From: Promethearchaeota archaeon
Lineage (GTDB): Archaea; Asgardarchaeota; Odinarchaeia; Odinarchaeales; JBHLKK01
Assembly: GCA_048939465.1 (NCBI GenBank)
Contig: JBHLPL010000120.1
Location: forward strand, 1-5,386
Length of the DNA: 5,386 nucleotides
Direction of reading: 5' to 3'
Shown: positions 5,136 through 5,386 of the stretch, one piece after another
How positions within the stretch are numbered: position 1 is the stretch's first letter
How the letters are laid out: every line of letters begins with the position of its first letter
The notes under the pieces: model-generated
The model's database searches: none
The model's input: only the letters and a program-made list of their open reading frames with translations
What the model was told of the DNA's origin: nothing
Program-made: the position numbers and the translations under genes

Positions 5136-5386
5136 GTGAAAGATACAGATGTATTTGTAATCGGTGGGAGTGCTGCAGGCATTATTGCCGCAGTAACAGG
5201 AAAAAGCTGTTATCCTGATAAGGAATTCCTGCTTGTTCGGAAGCAAAAACAAGTCCTCGTTCCTTGTGCAATCCCGTACATCTTTGGGTCAATAACCAGC
5301 GACAAGAACATAATAGGAGATGCGGTTTTAACCGATGCCGGCGTAGAAATTATGGTTGGGGAGGTCGTTTCCATAGATTCGGATAA
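5136..5386 (+). CDS. FAD-dependent pyridine nucleotide-disulfide oxidoreductase (NADH oxidase / CoA-disulfide reductase family), truncated by the window edge
   Basis: GTG 5136 with RBS GGAGG at 5124-5128. Translation: MKDTDVFVIGGSAAGIIAAVTGKSCYPDKEFLLVRKQKQVLVPCAIPYIFGS... It has the FAD-binding Rossmann motif and the single redox Cys44 in PCAIPY (nt 5265-5267). Not in the ORF track because it has no stop in the window. Confidence 0.88.
   Translation, partial: MKDTDVFVIGGSAAGIIAAVTGKSCYPDKEFLLVRKQKQVLVPCAIPYIFGSITSDKNIIGDAVLTDAGVEIMVGEVVSIDSD

Noticed and set aside
1-5386. CRISPR array, tRNA or rRNA genes
   Set aside because: No regularly spaced repeats or cloverleaf-like sequence was seen in any intergenic region. 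An array or omegaRNA linked to tnpB would lie left of position 1.

Overview
Archaeal genomic window, judged from TATA boxes, GGTG/GAGGTG-type RBS motifs and gene content; the long MoeB/ThiF form suggests a TACK-type lineage, but that is inference. Left to right: (1) a TnpB RNA-guided endonuclease gene of the IS200/IS605 family on the minus strand, starting at 914 and running off the left edge. The ORF track missed it and reported only its antisense shadow ORFs. RuvC-I Asp175 and RuvC-II Glu254 are intact, and there is no room for tnpA upstream. (2) A stand-alone THUMP protein. (3) A DUF2225-like zinc/TPR protein with its own TATA box. (4) TsaC/Sua5 t6A synthase. (5) A long-form ThiF/MoeB E1-like enzyme. 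(6) A 178-aa hypothetical protein. (7) A 433-bp AT-rich divergent spacer holding a perfect 15-bp inverted repeat, a 10-bp tandem duplication and an operator-like palindrome. (8) The N-terminus of an NADH oxidase/CoA-disulfide-reductase family flavoprotein. All calls come from manual translation and motif recognition; no searches were run.
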